A DNA stretch of 64,000 nucleotides, taken from positions 496,001-560,000 of the forward strand of contig CATNEN010000014.1 in NCBI GenBank assembly GCA_950097015.1. Reading direction: 5' to 3'. Shown here one piece after another: positions 25,746-38,615 of the stretch. Source of the DNA: Macrostomum hystrix (Eukaryota > Animalia > Platyhelminthes). Position 1 is the first letter of the stretch; each line of letters starts with the position of its first letter. A program made the translations under genes and the position numbers. The notes under the pieces were generated by a model. It was not told where the DNA came from, did no database searches, and saw nothing but the letters and a program-made list of their open reading frames with translations.

Positions 25746-27695
25746 CTACGAGTATATATTCTATACAACATAACTCACAATACGCTCGTAATAGCCAACA
25801 CGGTAACATGATTTTTAAGCAGAAAATGTATGCCGATATTTGTGCTTTTGCCACCAGACACCCCGACGATAATCGTTGAATATGCCGATGTTTTGTAATT
25901 CTGAAAGCTGTCTAATAGGATCCAGTGGAAAATTTAGCCCCGTGTTCTGGATTGTCATGCCGATTGGTTGAATGTGTCAATGAGATGCATAAAAAATATA
26001 CTCCAGCGTTCTTTCTACAGTTAGTGTCGCAACTTTTTTAGTCCTCCTTATTTGTTGTCTGCAGCTTGCCTTAGGGTTTGGCACTCGAAATGGCTGTCTT
26101 GCATCCTATATCACAGTACACTTATTACTTTTGCGTCTACGAAGATACGGAAGCCTGTATTTTTTTCATAAGAAATACAGCAATTTTCTACGGATTTCTC
26201 ATGTCTCGAAGTAGTCACCACCCGCCTGCCGCAATTCCTGATTCGCTGAAACCACGGCGCCCAGGCTCCAGCACGACGTTCGACCGACACCATCGAACCA
26301 TTCTATCGAAATCGATTCTCATAGCTTCGGAGCTCTTAAATCGAGTCCCTTGCCCCTCTGAGTTTGAATACTTTTAATATAATAGTTAATAATTTAAATA
26401 CTGACTTTAAATACTTTGCCCCTCTGAGTTTCTTGAGCAAAGCATTCTCTCAAACATCTGTGGCGGCCTGGAATCAGACTCACTGCTTCCTGTCAGCATA
26501 ACGTTTTTGGCATCTAAACAGTAGTAACCTGTGGCCCTCGATAGTGGCATGGAGTGGTGCCCTTGCTCTTAGCAGAAGCATGGGTACTTCATTAACGATT
26601 TGCGCACTATAGGACTCTAATGCCCTCAAACTTTGTGAGGCTGATCAGCTTTGAATGGACTTTTATAATGAAGCTTCGTGCACACGAGCTCAAAAGCTGT
26701 ATACGCCAGGCTAGGTTCTGGAAAGAACAACGTGAAAGATAAAATTCGTTTCTTCACCAGGTGTGTGCGTGCACGAGTGTTCTGCTGTGTCTTTACAGGC
26801 CTTCGTAATTCGTGGAAATTTTTATTGTTTGTATTTTTCAACGACCTGATTCGCTGAGACGTCACGGGAGAGCATGTCACAGCGCGAGTAGATGGGGTGC
26901 AGAAACTGGTGTTCCAGGTAAGTAGAGAAGCAGCTGCTCCATCCGAATCGATTTGAGTGAAGCGAGGTGGACGCAATTAAATATGAATATCTATAGCATG
27001 GGGTGAGAAAGATGACAAGCAGTGCTCATGATCGGAGCAGCTAGGTGCAAGTATATCCATTGGCTAACAGTGTTTTGTACAAAGAAACTGCAAAATCCAG
27101 CATGCCACGAGTCTGACATGCTGGAGACATGAATGAGAGAATCATTGAATTCTTGGACGGCTACAGAGGCTCGGCAGAGCAGAATTGTCGCAAACGCGGA
27201 CAGCAAGAGATGCTCATGCCAAAAGACATGAAGCAAAGCAGAAGACAGCGCTCACTCACCACGCATTGACAGAATGCGGTATGATTGAGCGGCTTGTCGG
27301 TAAATAGCTAAAAATATACAGCATGAGGAGCACGCAAAACTGTAGCAGAGGAGGCCAAGCAGGTGCTGAAACTCCTGTGTAAAAAATTAGTACTAAAGAT
27401 AAGCATTCCATCTTAGATAACAAAATGAACAAGTTAACTTATCAAATTTTAGAAGAGTATGTCTGCATCTCGAGCAAAAAGCATTCAACAGAACTAACAG
27501 GCCTCGTGTCAGGGTGAGACAGTGACATGAAAAGTGAGTAAATGGGAAACAAGGGACACTACACAGCATAATTAAAAACGATCAGGTCAAGTCTAGGTGA
27601 GATAGATAGCTAAGCAAGTCGGTGCAGGGCCAGTGGACACAGCAAGAAGAGGAGAATATACAGAGGCGAATGAAGATAGCTGAGCAGCGCTTCAG

Positions 27696-29931
27696 TCAGG
27701 CGGACTCCTCAGGCCAGGTGACGCGCAGGTTGTCAGTGTCCTCGTTCAGCGTGTAGAAGGCCTGGTGCTGCTGGTGCTGCAGCGAGTGCTGACCGGGCTG
27801 GAGGCCGATCAAGTTTGGCGAGGCGGCGAGTCGACTGACAGGCAGCGGTGAGTCGGTGGTCTGCCAGCCGCTGCCGCAGTGGTGCCTGCAGTAGGAGTGG
27901 TCCGAGTACGGCAGTGCGTACCTTCGACAGGAATGGAGTAATTTTTATTATTGAAGCGCCTTATGTATTTATATGGCTCGAAAAGTGATGAACGCTTACT
28001 AATAGTAGAGTAGGAGCGGATGGGGGCAAATACGCACTTATCTTAAATGCTTTAACAAAAAACTGGTTCCAGTAAATGGCTTTAGTTTTGATGATAAAAC
28101 ACGGCGGTTATTTAGAAAAAATGCAGAGGCAGCTTGCAGAGGACTTGCGGTAGAAACTTACGGCGTGCAAAACTGCGGCATGGTGCCAGTGTGTACCGTC
28201 AGACCATCTAGTTGGTGCCGATGCATCTGCTGATCTTGTTGATGCGGGTAGTGTTGTTGCTGCTGCTCCTGATGATGATGCTGACGCTTGCTGGGTGAAA
28301 CTGCGGCTGCAGCTGCTGCCGCGGCAGCCGCCTCGGCCTCGCGCCGCCGCTGTCTGGCCGCAGCGGAGCTGCTGGATGACAAAAAGATGAGGTTTGGGTT
28401 GCTCAGCGAAGCCTTGGATGGCCGACCGCGGCCGCGCTTCTGAATGACGAACGGCGCGACACCGAAGGCAGCAGCGGCGGCGCCGCCACCCAGTCGGGCC
28501 ATGGTTCGGCAGAGGCGGGCTAGGCAGACTGCTTTGTCCAGGCGCAGGTTGGGGTAGCGCTTCTTGGCTTGGCAGACCTCGCAGCGGCCGCAGTCCACGC
28601 GCAGCCGACAAGAGTCGCAGAAGCCGCAGCGCTTGGGGAAGCGGAAAACGCTGGTTGAGGCGAAGTCGTCCTCGTCTAGAAGTGAATTTGCCGCCCGGTC
28701 ACGGTCTGCGGCCGCCTCGGCGTCAGAGTCGTCTTCGGCCGGTGGAGGTCGGTAACCCCCGGCCGTCTCCATCTCGTCGTCGGTAGCGGACTCGTCTTCA
28801 GCAGGCAGCAGCATCATTTGTTCCGAGTCGTCCTCCTGTTCCGGTGCAGAGACCGCCGGCTCAACAACATCCTCATCATCGCTGATCTCGGCCTCCGCGC
28901 CCTCATCCTCCATCATATTCACAACTTCGAGATCTTCCGCCGCAACCAGATGTGGTTGAGGCTGGGGCGGAGGCGGCTGATGGTTTAGCTTGGTGGGCGC
29001 CAAGTCTGGAATGGTTGAATTTTAACTGGGAGCTGAAGGGTGTGTGATGGACAGCTCCAAGCTGCCTGCCTAATTGCCATAGACCTAGGTTGACCTCATA
29101 GTGGAGATGTGGCTTAGTGGGTAGAGCTAGGAATCCACTACGTCCAGACTTTAAGCTGGTGCTGGCAAAAGCGGCTCGATGACTGAATTAGCTCGCGTGC
29201 TGCGAGAGCGGCATTGTGGTTCGTTGACGAGAAAAAGCTGGCTAGGCACCATCGCTTCGTCAATTAGTGCCATAGACTATACTGCTGTTAGCATCGACTT
29301 GGCTACGGTTTTATTAGTGTTTGGGTTTACTACATGGAAATTATATTAGGGTGGGTGAGGCTATCTCCCCTATTCACTGACTGAACAGCTGTAAGCAGCA
29401 ACGACAAATATAGTATTAAATATTTTTTTTAATGTAGCATCAGCGATGGCGTAGGTCTTTGTTTAGGGGAATAAAGCCACTACATTTACGAAGTATTTTG
29501 TATCCGTCTCACTGGGTTTTTGTTACCCCAGGTGACCAAAGTTTATTACAGAACCTCATCCGATAATGAGCAGTGTAGCAACATCGGCTTGAGTAGCCGA
29601 TTCACCTACCTTCGTCGTCTCCGAAAGCACGCCGCCGCTTTGGCTGGCGCCGGGAGCGCCTCCTGCCGGCGCAGGCCGGACACCGAAATGCCTCGCCGCC
29701 GACGTCGCCTGGCGTCACGCCAACGCAGTCGCCGTGGAACCACTCCTGGCAAGAGTCGCAGGCGATCATGAAGCGGCGCGTGTCGCTGCTGCGGCACACG
29801 CAATAGACGGGAGCGGGTGCTGTGCTGCTGCCTCGCTTAACTTCGTTTCTACTTGCGGCTACCGCTGCAGCCGCTCTGCCGGCCTTTGCGGCGACGGCAA
29901 CGGCTCGAGCGTTGCTGCGCGGGTGGCGCGT
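27696..29931 (-). CDS. CFP1/CXXC1-like chromatin protein: PHD finger, CXXC zinc finger, AT-hook, HCF-binding motif; exons 29931-29610, 29005-28162, 27921-27696 (5' exon not identified)
   Basis: PHD VYCVCRSSDTRRFMIACDSCQEWFHGDCVG..FRCPAC. CXXC RCGFCDSCRLRVDCGRCEVC..VCLARLC. AT-hook KRGRGRPSK and DHSY motif. Phase-1 and phase-2 GT-AG introns keep the frame to TGA at 27696. Confidence 0.75.
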
Positions 29932-32900
29932 CTGAAGCAGATCAAGCAAATCAGTGTGAATCAGGTCTGCCTAAGAATGCCTTTTACTTCACTCCAACAA
30001 CTAAAACAGAATGTTTTGGGGTCCAGCCTTAATAGCACTGAATCAATGTACTGGACAGCTAGGCCTATACTACATTCACTAAGCTAAAGTTACCATTTTT
30101 TATCATGCAAGCATATAATTTGAGTTGGCTTATCTGGAAGTTTTTTGTTAACTGCATACTTATACTTAGCTTGTCAGTGCATGACATCCCCAGTGGACCT
30201 GATTTAGTCTGCCTGCTGGTCCTGCTGCATCAGGTGACACAGCCTTTTTTGTTTTTTGTGTAAATAAAAACTGTAGTAAGTTACTCAAACTGCTGTATAA
30301 AAGAAAAGTTATTTAATATACAAGAGCTGAAACAAAAAACACACTAACTGACTGATAGTTCTGTCTGTCTAAATATATAAATTAATGCATTTTTCATATT
30401 ACATAGCAGCATTATCAAAGAATCACAGTATTGGTATATCACATCATCACTGATACGAGCGTATTAACAAAAAATAATATGTGAAGCATTATTATATTCT
30501 AAACTTTAAAACAGGACACAAGTGGTCATTAAGTCTTCTTAATATTTAGTTCAAATTACTCTTAAAATTACAATAAAAAAATAAAAAGGACATATTTTTA
30601 TGTAACAGGGCTTAACACTATACTCGTCTCTCTGGGTAGCATATCACTTGGCACAAGCAGTCTAATCCTTCTAGGGCACTGGTCTCTTTTTCTCCAGTCT
30701 TTGCTGGTCATTCTCTGTGGATCAGAGGGTCACAGCCCCAAATAACCAACTCAATTCAACTCAACTATTAAAATATTCAAAATAGTTATTAGTCTATATA
30801 GATAATGTATGATTGAATTTGTAAAAATGTGAGGACTATACTCCTACTCCAATAGAAGTTACAAAATAACCTTTCTTCTTAAAATATAATTTTAATTAAT
30901 TTTAATTTAATCGAATAGCTTTAAATTATATTTTTTATTTATATTAACTTATGAATAGAGAAGACAGTTCTTCTAGTGTTTTAAGTTGCAGATGAGGGAA
31001 AACTAAATGTAGCAGTTGAGGGAACATTAAGCTACAGATAAGAGAAATGAAAAAGTCACAGATGAGGAAGTGAGGAAAAAAGTAACTCTAATTTAGTTTT
31101 ATCATTTGTGCAACTTTGTTTGGTTTATGGGTTAATATGACTTAATTTTTACTAAATTTCTTTGGCCCAATTTTTACATCCCTATTTCTGTTTTTCCTTT
31201 TTCTACTATATGTTCATTTTCTTCTCTTTTACTTCTACTCTTTGACTTTTTGTCTGTAACTCCTCTGCTTTTTTCTCTGCTTTTCTCACTCAGCTTTTTT
31301 CTTTCTATAATTGTTTTCTCATCTTAATATCTGTTTTTCTCTTCTCTCTATTTTTTCTTATCATTCTCTTCTAATCTATTATTTTCATCTTATCTACTCT
31401 TTGGTTTTCTTTTTTTCTTTCTCTTTTTCTTTTTCTGTGTTTTTAGCCTTTTCTTTATTTTTGAATATGGGAAAACTAAGCTGTCAATGAGTAAAAAGTT
31501 ACAAACCAAAATTTTTGCTAAATTCCCAAATGATAGTAAAATATTCTGCAGTCATTTTCTGTAGACTTCTTTCAAAGGCGTCAATTTCACCAAAGCTAGA
31601 ATATTTGGTCAATATGCTATGATTTCATCTGAATGTTTAATCAGATTTCAAATCAATGCATAGACTGCAGCTAGAACCAATTAGGTCATAATTGTGATTT
31701 GCAATTGTGACTTCTTTAAATTGTTGACATTTAAAATTTCTATCAAAACCTTATCACCAAGTATGACTTGCATTTAGGGCCTACAATGAAAAGTATACTG
31801 ATTCTAAACAAACAAATCTGTTGCTATATGTCATACTTTTGGGTTCAAACTAAGTTGCACAGCTGGCTTAGATTCTGGAAGTTGCATTTGTATGCCACAA
31901 AGAGTGGCCATCATGTGATAAGTAATTCATTCCATAGAAAATTGATATAGATAAACAATATCATTTTCTTTTTTCACTCAGCACCCCTAACAACCCTTAG
32001 AGACACATATTTATGAACCTACTAAAACTGAAACTAGGCCCTATAATATAATAGAAAATCTAAGTTTTAGAAGTCCAGCCTAACAATACATAGGAAGGCT
32101 AAAACTAATTTACTGTACAGATAAGACTAACATAATTACCATTACCTTCGTTTATTTAATGAAACTGACAGTGTCACAGGATAAAGTATAGGCCTAATAT
32201 AAAATGGTAGGGGGGCCTATTATACTATAACATACATATATATGTTGTAGGGCCAAAGTATTAAGTATTCTTTTGACATTGTATCATAATACAATGATTT
32301 TAATACAAAGATAATACTACTGCTAGTGCTACCTTATTCAAAATATATTATCCCTAGGGGTAGGCCCAAGGGCCTTGATGGTTATATGGGCATAGGTTGC
32401 CCATAGCCTACACACATATGTAACAGGAATAGGTGCTTCAAAGATAATACATAATGACGCTAGAACTATAAATATCAGTGAAATAGTAATTGCTAGTTAA
32501 CACAGATATTTTATCAATATCAATATCTATACATTTACAACTTATAAAAGGTAATTTTACTGCGCAATAAAATTGATAAAACAATAACTCATAAATGTAT
32601 TTAGAATCAAATGACTTTGATGGTCAGACTATGGCTATATTACATCACTTGTAGAAGCGCAGCATGTTTTTATTTTTAAGGCAAGCCATTGAACTGACAC
32701 TAGACTTCATCAGAAAGCAATCTAAGAAAATTCCAGGGGCATTTCCGCATTTGAACTTAAAGTCAGTTTCCTAAGTAATGACTTTATAATTGTTAATAGC
32801 TTCCAAACGAAAATGCTTTTATGTACGAGTTTACTATATTTTTAGCGTTTTTAGCATCTATTTAATAAATCTTGTTATAAATTATTCAATTTTTCGGTGT

Positions 32901-34143
32901 TATTGGATATTAGATACTTATTAGTAGAAATTGAAAGTCTTTATCGAATAAAATAATGTCGGCAGTACAAGATCCATTCGCTATTGAAACAGCCTTTCCA
33001 TTTCCTTTTCGGGCGCATGCCTTAATCGGTCGCATGCACTTGTCGCTACAAAATTCTGTATTCTGTATCTCTTTCTCTGTTGATGTCTGCTGGTGCGCGG
33101 TTTCGCGTCTACAAGTTAGGTCCCGGTTACGAGTTAGCTTAGGCGCTAGGCTCTGTCACCAAACGGTAAGAGGGCTGCTAGGATGCAGCTAGTAGTGTGC
33201 CTAGTTGGCCCGAAGTGACAAAAGGCTCACAGCGCGACCCGTGCACCTAAGCTAGGTTGGACAGGGCTGGCTGCCGCAGCTCTTATGGGGCCAGCCCTGC
33301 AGGGGCTTGACGAAAGCCCGGACATTGTGAATTACGTGGACCGTGCTGAGAGGGTGCCACTGCTTCAGTAATGCGGATGGCGCAGTTGCAACAGCAGGCT
33401 CAGCAGGTCCCAAGGGGCCGTCTTCGAGGTAAAAGACCGTCAAATACGACAGGAACAATTTTAATGCGACCGACTTTTAGGTGATGGTTCACTGCCTGCA
33501 CTGCCTGCACTAAACATCTGAACTTTTTTGGTCAGGTAAAAATGAATTAGCTATTTTAGCTATTATCTTGGCAGTTATTTAGATTTAAACCCTTAAGTTT
33601 GAACTTATAGGATACGCAAGCTTTCAGGCTTTTTCCCACACTGCCATGAAACGAGGCCAAAACACACAATTGTACATAATTTTTTAATGACCATGCATCT
33701 TAATATCACATATATGTACACCAAAAATGAGTCATTTGATGGCAGTATGAACGAGCTTTTTGGAATGGGCCTAAATGTACAGGAATTGCGCGAAAACATA
33801 ACCGTACAGTCTTGGAGCGGCCGCGTACTGGCCTTGAATGAGATATAGCTGAAAACATGTGGCTTGAAGGTAAAATCGTCACTCGGGGGTGAAAGCAGCT
33901 GTGCACATAGCTCGTACTCGTAGCAAGACGAAGCTTAGTTTTGAGGACCAACTGACTCCGTGAGGTCTTGTACTCTGCAATGAATCTCATATGTATTTCA
34001 TACACCTTTGATCATTATAATTTAACTAGACAAGAGCTTGTAATTTAGCTCACAAGAGACAGCGACAACTCAGCAGTTCCGAAATCTCAAGCGTCATGCG
34101 CAGCGGCAGCTTGAACTGCAAACTTTCCAAACTGCACGAGTAA

Positions 34144-37100
34144 ATGGCACTGCGCGACAGCCTAGACCGACTCTGCACCCAGTTGAAGCCGATCATCGTG
34201 CTTGGCATTGGCTGCGCCTGCTCACTGCTCATCGCCACCAACATCCGCTGCCGTGGCTCTGTGGTGGCATACTTGGCCCAAGAGTCTCCGTCCGCTGTGC
34301 CCAAGTTCGCCGAAGATTGGCTGGCTGCCGCACCAGGCGTGTTCACTTACCTTTTTGTGCCTTTGTTCACAGGTGCGGGTCTTCAGTGTTTGCAAGGCTT
34401 AACATTTGGATACCGAGCCATTTTGCCTCCCGTTTTTATACCAAGGGGGAATTTCTGGCCCCCTTTTGAAATTTATTTCGCAGCGCCCGAATGCTAGCAC
34501 AGATTAGGCAAGGGTGTCCTGTGGCTTTGTTGCGCCTGATATTTTGACTGATTGGTTGACAGATTAGGCAAGGGTGTCCTGTGGCTTTGTTGCGCCAGAT
34601 ATTTTGACTGATTGGTTGACAGATTAGTCAAGGGTGTCCTGTGGCTTTGTTGCGCCTGATATTTTGACTGATTGGTTGACAGATTAGGCAAGGGTGTCCG
34701 GTGGCTTTGTTGCGCCTGATATTTTGACTGATTGGTTGACAGATTAGGCAAGGGTGTCCTGTGGCTTTGTTGCGCCTGATATTTTGACTGATTGGTTGAC
34801 AGATTAGGCAAGGGTGTCCTGTGGCTTTGTTGTGCCTGATATTTTGACTGATTGGTTGACAGATTAGGCAAGGGTGTCCTGTGGCTTTGTTGCGCCTGAT
34901 ATTATGACTGATTGGTTGACAGATTAGGCAAGGGTGTCCTGTGGCTTTGTTGCGCCTGATATTTTGACTGATTGGTTGACAGATTAGGCAAGGGTGTCCT
35001 GTGGCTTTGTTGCGCCTGATATTTTGACTGATTGGTTGACAGATTAGGCAAGGGTGTCCTGTGGCTTTGTTGCGCCTGATATTTTGACTGATTGGTTGAC
35101 AGATTAGGCAAGGGTGTCCTGTGGCTTTGTTGCGCCTGATATTTTGACTGATTGGTTGACAGATTAGGCAAGGGTGTCCTGTGGCTTTGTTGCGCCTGAT
35201 ATTTTGACTGATTGGTTGACAGATTAGGCAAGGGTGTCCTGTGGCTTTGTTGCGCCTGATATTTTGACTGATTGGTTGACAGATTAGGCAAGGGTGTCCT
35301 GTGGCTTTGTTGCGCCTGATATTTTGACTGATTGGTTGACAGATTAGGCAAGGGTGTCCTGTGGCTTTGTTGCGCCAGATATTTTGACTGATTGGTTGAC
35401 AGATTAGTCAAGGGTGTCCTGTGGCTTTGTTGCGCCTGATATTTTGACTGATTGGTTGACAGATTAGGCAAGGGTGTCCGGTGGCTTTGTTGCGCCTGAT
35501 ATTTTGACTGATTGGTTGACAGATTAGGCAAGGGTGTCCTGTGGCTTTGTTGCGCCTGATATTTTGACTGATTGGTTGACAGATTAGGCAAGGGTGTCCT
35601 GTGGCTTTGTTGTGCCTGATATTTTGACTGATTGGTTGACAGATTAGGCAAGGGTGTCCTGTGGCTTTGTTGCGCCTGATATTATGACTGATTGGTTGAC
35701 AGATTAGGCAAGGGTGTCCTGTGGCTTTGTTGCGCCTGATATTTTGACTGATTGGTTGACAGATTAGGCAAGGGTGTCCTGTGGCTTTGTTGCGCCTGAT
35801 ATTTTGACTGATTGGTTGACAGATTAGGCAAGGGTGTCCTGTGGCTTTGTTGCGCCTGATATTTTGACTGATTGGTTGACAGATTAGGCAAGGGTGTCCT
35901 GTGGCTTTGTTGCGCCTGATATTTTGACTGATTGGTTGACAGATTAGGCAAGGGTGTCCTGTGGCTTTGTTGTGCCTGATATTTTGACTGATTGGTTGAC
36001 AGATTAGGCAAGGGTGTCCTGTGGCTTTGTTGCGCCTGATATTTTGACTGATTGGTTGACAGATTAGGCAAGGGTGTCCTGTGGCTTTGTTGCGCCTGAT
36101 ATTTTGACTGATTGGTTGACAGATTAGGCAAGGGTGTCCTGTGGCTTTGTTGTGCCTGATATTTTGACTGATTGGTTGACAGATTAGGCAAGGGTGTCCT
36201 GTGGCTTTGTTGTGCCTGATATTTTGACTGATTGGTTGACAGATTAGGCAAGGGTGTCCTGTGGCTTTGTTGCGCCTGATATTTTAGGCCTGATCAGTGA
36301 AATTGGAGAAATTCGTAGCAGGGTGTCCATTATTAGTGGCTTAGTTCCACCTGTTGTAGCCCTTGAGACGGCCTAGCAGTCCGTCTATGTAAAGGTAGGT
36401 GATCACCGAAGACGAGAGATAAGTATCGTATGCTTGCGTTGCTCCGCAGCTTCACGCCAGTTTGGTGAATTATTAGGATTGAATTATATTTTTCCAAAAA
36501 TACAAAAAAAAATATTTTTTTAATAATATACTTCCATTCGAAAAAGCAAGTGTACAATTGTTAGCTATTGAGTGGATTTCAGGGATAGCATATCTTCATT
36601 TGCGATTGATACGGCTCATAGGTCTGGTGGACGGCTTCAAGCTGAGCTACCCGCTCTGCATGCTTGGCTCGGGCGCCGCAGTCCTGCTTGGCTCCCTGCT
36701 GCCCCATGTTGCAGCCTGCCAATCCTGCACGCAGCTCCTTCTGCCAGTTGATGCCGCTGTTGGCGGCCTTGGCGCCAGTCTCATGCTCTCTGTGGTTCTG
36801 CTCGCCACAGACGACTGTTTCCCATCTGAGTCCGGCATTCGAACTCTGGCTACGACACTGGTGCAGGTAAAGTTGTTTCATTTCCCTGGCCTGGTCTCAG
36901 GATATGTTCTAGGCCTACCCAAGTTTACAAGGATCCAAAGATTTTCAATTCCAAATTATCCAAGGGCGTCGCGTTTGCGGGCTTCTTTCTGGTGGAAGCA
37001 CAGGCCGCCCTCACTCAGCGGCTGGGCTGGCGCGGGGCGCTGCTGGTCCATGGCGCGGCAGCCGCCCTCCTCGGCTTACTCGGTGCTGCAACATTCCCTA

Positions 37101-38503
37101 AGCGTCGGCCGCCGCGTCCTGTTGACTTGACAGTCAGCGCAATCGACATTCTGCGGGACCGTCGCGAGTGGAAGCTTCGACTGCTCAGTTTGTCTCAGGT
37201 GCTATATTATTTATGACGAATAGCCAAAAACAAAATGCTTGCGTTTTAACAGAAAGTTTTGTCTCGCTTCTATCAAATCCTACTTACATCCTTGAGCAGC
37301 CTGCTCACATCCTTAAGCAGCATACTCATATCCTGAAGCAGCCATTTCATAACCTGAAGCAGCCATTCATAACCTGAAGCAGCCAGTTCATAACCTGAAG
37401 CAGCCATTTCATAACCTGAAGCAGCCAATTCATAACCTGAAGCAGCCATTTCATAACCTGAAGCAGCCAATTCATATCCTGAAGCAGCCAATTCATAACC
37501 TGAAGCAGCCAATTCATATCCTGAAGCAGCCATTTCATAACCTGAAGCAGCCAATTCATATCCTGAAGCAGCCAATTCATAACCCGAAGCAGCCAATTCA
37601 TATCCTGAAGCAGCCAATTCATAACCTGAAGCAGCCAATTCATAACCCGAAGCAGCCAATTCATATCCTGAAGCAGCCAATTCATAACCCGAAGCAGCCA
37701 ATTCATAACCTGAAGCAGCCAATTCATAACCCGAAGCAGCCAATTCATATCCTGAAGCAGCCTACTAGCATACCAGAGCCGCCTTCTCACCCTCCACTGA
37801 TTCCGATGATATAGTGATTTTGACTCCATTCTCTATGTAATGCATGCCACAGGCTGAGCTGGAGTCCAGCCGCACCGTGCTGCTTTGGCTGCTGGAGCGG
37901 CTGCTTGCCGCGTTGGTTTCCGATGGTGCTTTCCAGTTTCTGATGGCTCGCTCCGGAGCCGCGCGTCACGCACCCGCACAGCAGCTGCTGATGACCGATG
38001 GCATTCTGCCAGCGCTTTTATTCTCAGGGGGCTCCACAGCCTCCTACTTGGGCGGGGCGGTGCTCGGCTGTCTCCTACCAGGTCAGCCGCTGCTGATTGG
38101 CCATGCAGCCTCCGCTCTGTTGGTGGGCTGTACAATCCTCGGCTGGTCAGCTGTTCTTGGCTCCAGTCGGCTCCGGAACGCCGAACTCCTGCTAGCCTGG
38201 GCCTGTGGCCTTGGAGTCGGCGGCATCGGCAGCTGCGCATACGCTGCCGGGGAGGTTGCCACAGGAGTCCAGGCACGGTCCGTCTACCCCTTCAGTCGAC
38301 TCGCTGGCGGTCTGGCCATCGTCACCGAGCTAGCAGCCCGTCACGTACTGCCGATTGGCGGCACTCAGATTTGGGAGCAACGACTTCTCCTGCGGCTACT
38401 GTTGCTTCTGTGTGCAGCTCAGCTGGGCGCCCTGCTAATTCTCATTCAACGAGTCTATGGTAGACGCCTGACCTATTCTAGTCCGCTGGTGGCCAAAAAA
38501 TGA
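34144..38503 (+). CDS. Major facilitator superfamily transporter, SLC16/monocarboxylate-transporter-like; exons 34144-34372, 36622-36866, 36965-37198, 37853-38503
   Basis: Multiple Gly/Ala-rich TM helices and an LGWRGALLVHG motif typical of SLC16. In-frame GT-AG junctions (phases 1, 0, 0). Confidence 0.7.
34399..36500. mobile_element. Non-autonomous TIR element carrying the 60-bp satellite (same family as 56600-57180)
   Basis: Left flank gcctcccgtttttataccaagggggaatt and right flank tgatcagtgaaattggagaaattcgtagcagggtgtcc..tccgtctatgtaaaggtaggtgatcaccgaagacga match 56605-56870. It begins with TTAAC..TACCGAG, like the piggyBac end at 57317. Confidence 0.6.
34497..36285 (+). repeat. 60-bp tandem satellite, ~30 copies, in MFS intron 1
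   Basis: Unit agattaggcaagggtgtcctgtggctttgttgcgcctgatattttgactgattggttgac. Confidence 0.98.
37290..37762 (+). repeat. 21-bp minisatellite, ~22 copies, in MFS intron 3
   Basis: Unit tgaagcagccaattcataacc, degenerate at the left end. Confidence 0.95.
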
Positions 38504-38570
38504 CAGCCGTTCTCTTGGTTGTTCGTTTTATATTGAATTTAAATCCGAGTATCAACATGGAAATTTTTTT

Positions 38571-38615
38571 AATTTCGACGCGTTTCGCACTTCAAGATGC
38601 ATCTTCAGGTATATT
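38571..38615 (-). ncRNA. Minimal type I hammerhead ribozyme motif (Penelope-like retroelement type), stem I degenerate
   Basis: Minus strand reads tatac-CTGAAGA-t-GCAtcttgaagTGC-GAAA-cgcg-TC-gaaatt: catalytic core, stem II, palindromic ACGCGT stem III and a GUC cleavage triplet. Confidence 0.55.

Noticed and set aside
34497-36285. CRISPR-like array or long repeat-protein ORFs (PNLSTNQSKYQAQQSHRTPL)n
   Set aside because: Pure tandem monomers without unique spacers, in a eukaryotic intron with no cas genes. The ORFs arise because 60 is a multiple of 3.
37273-37829. (AASGYEL)n ORF
   Set aside because: Antisense reading of an intronic 21-bp minisatellite.
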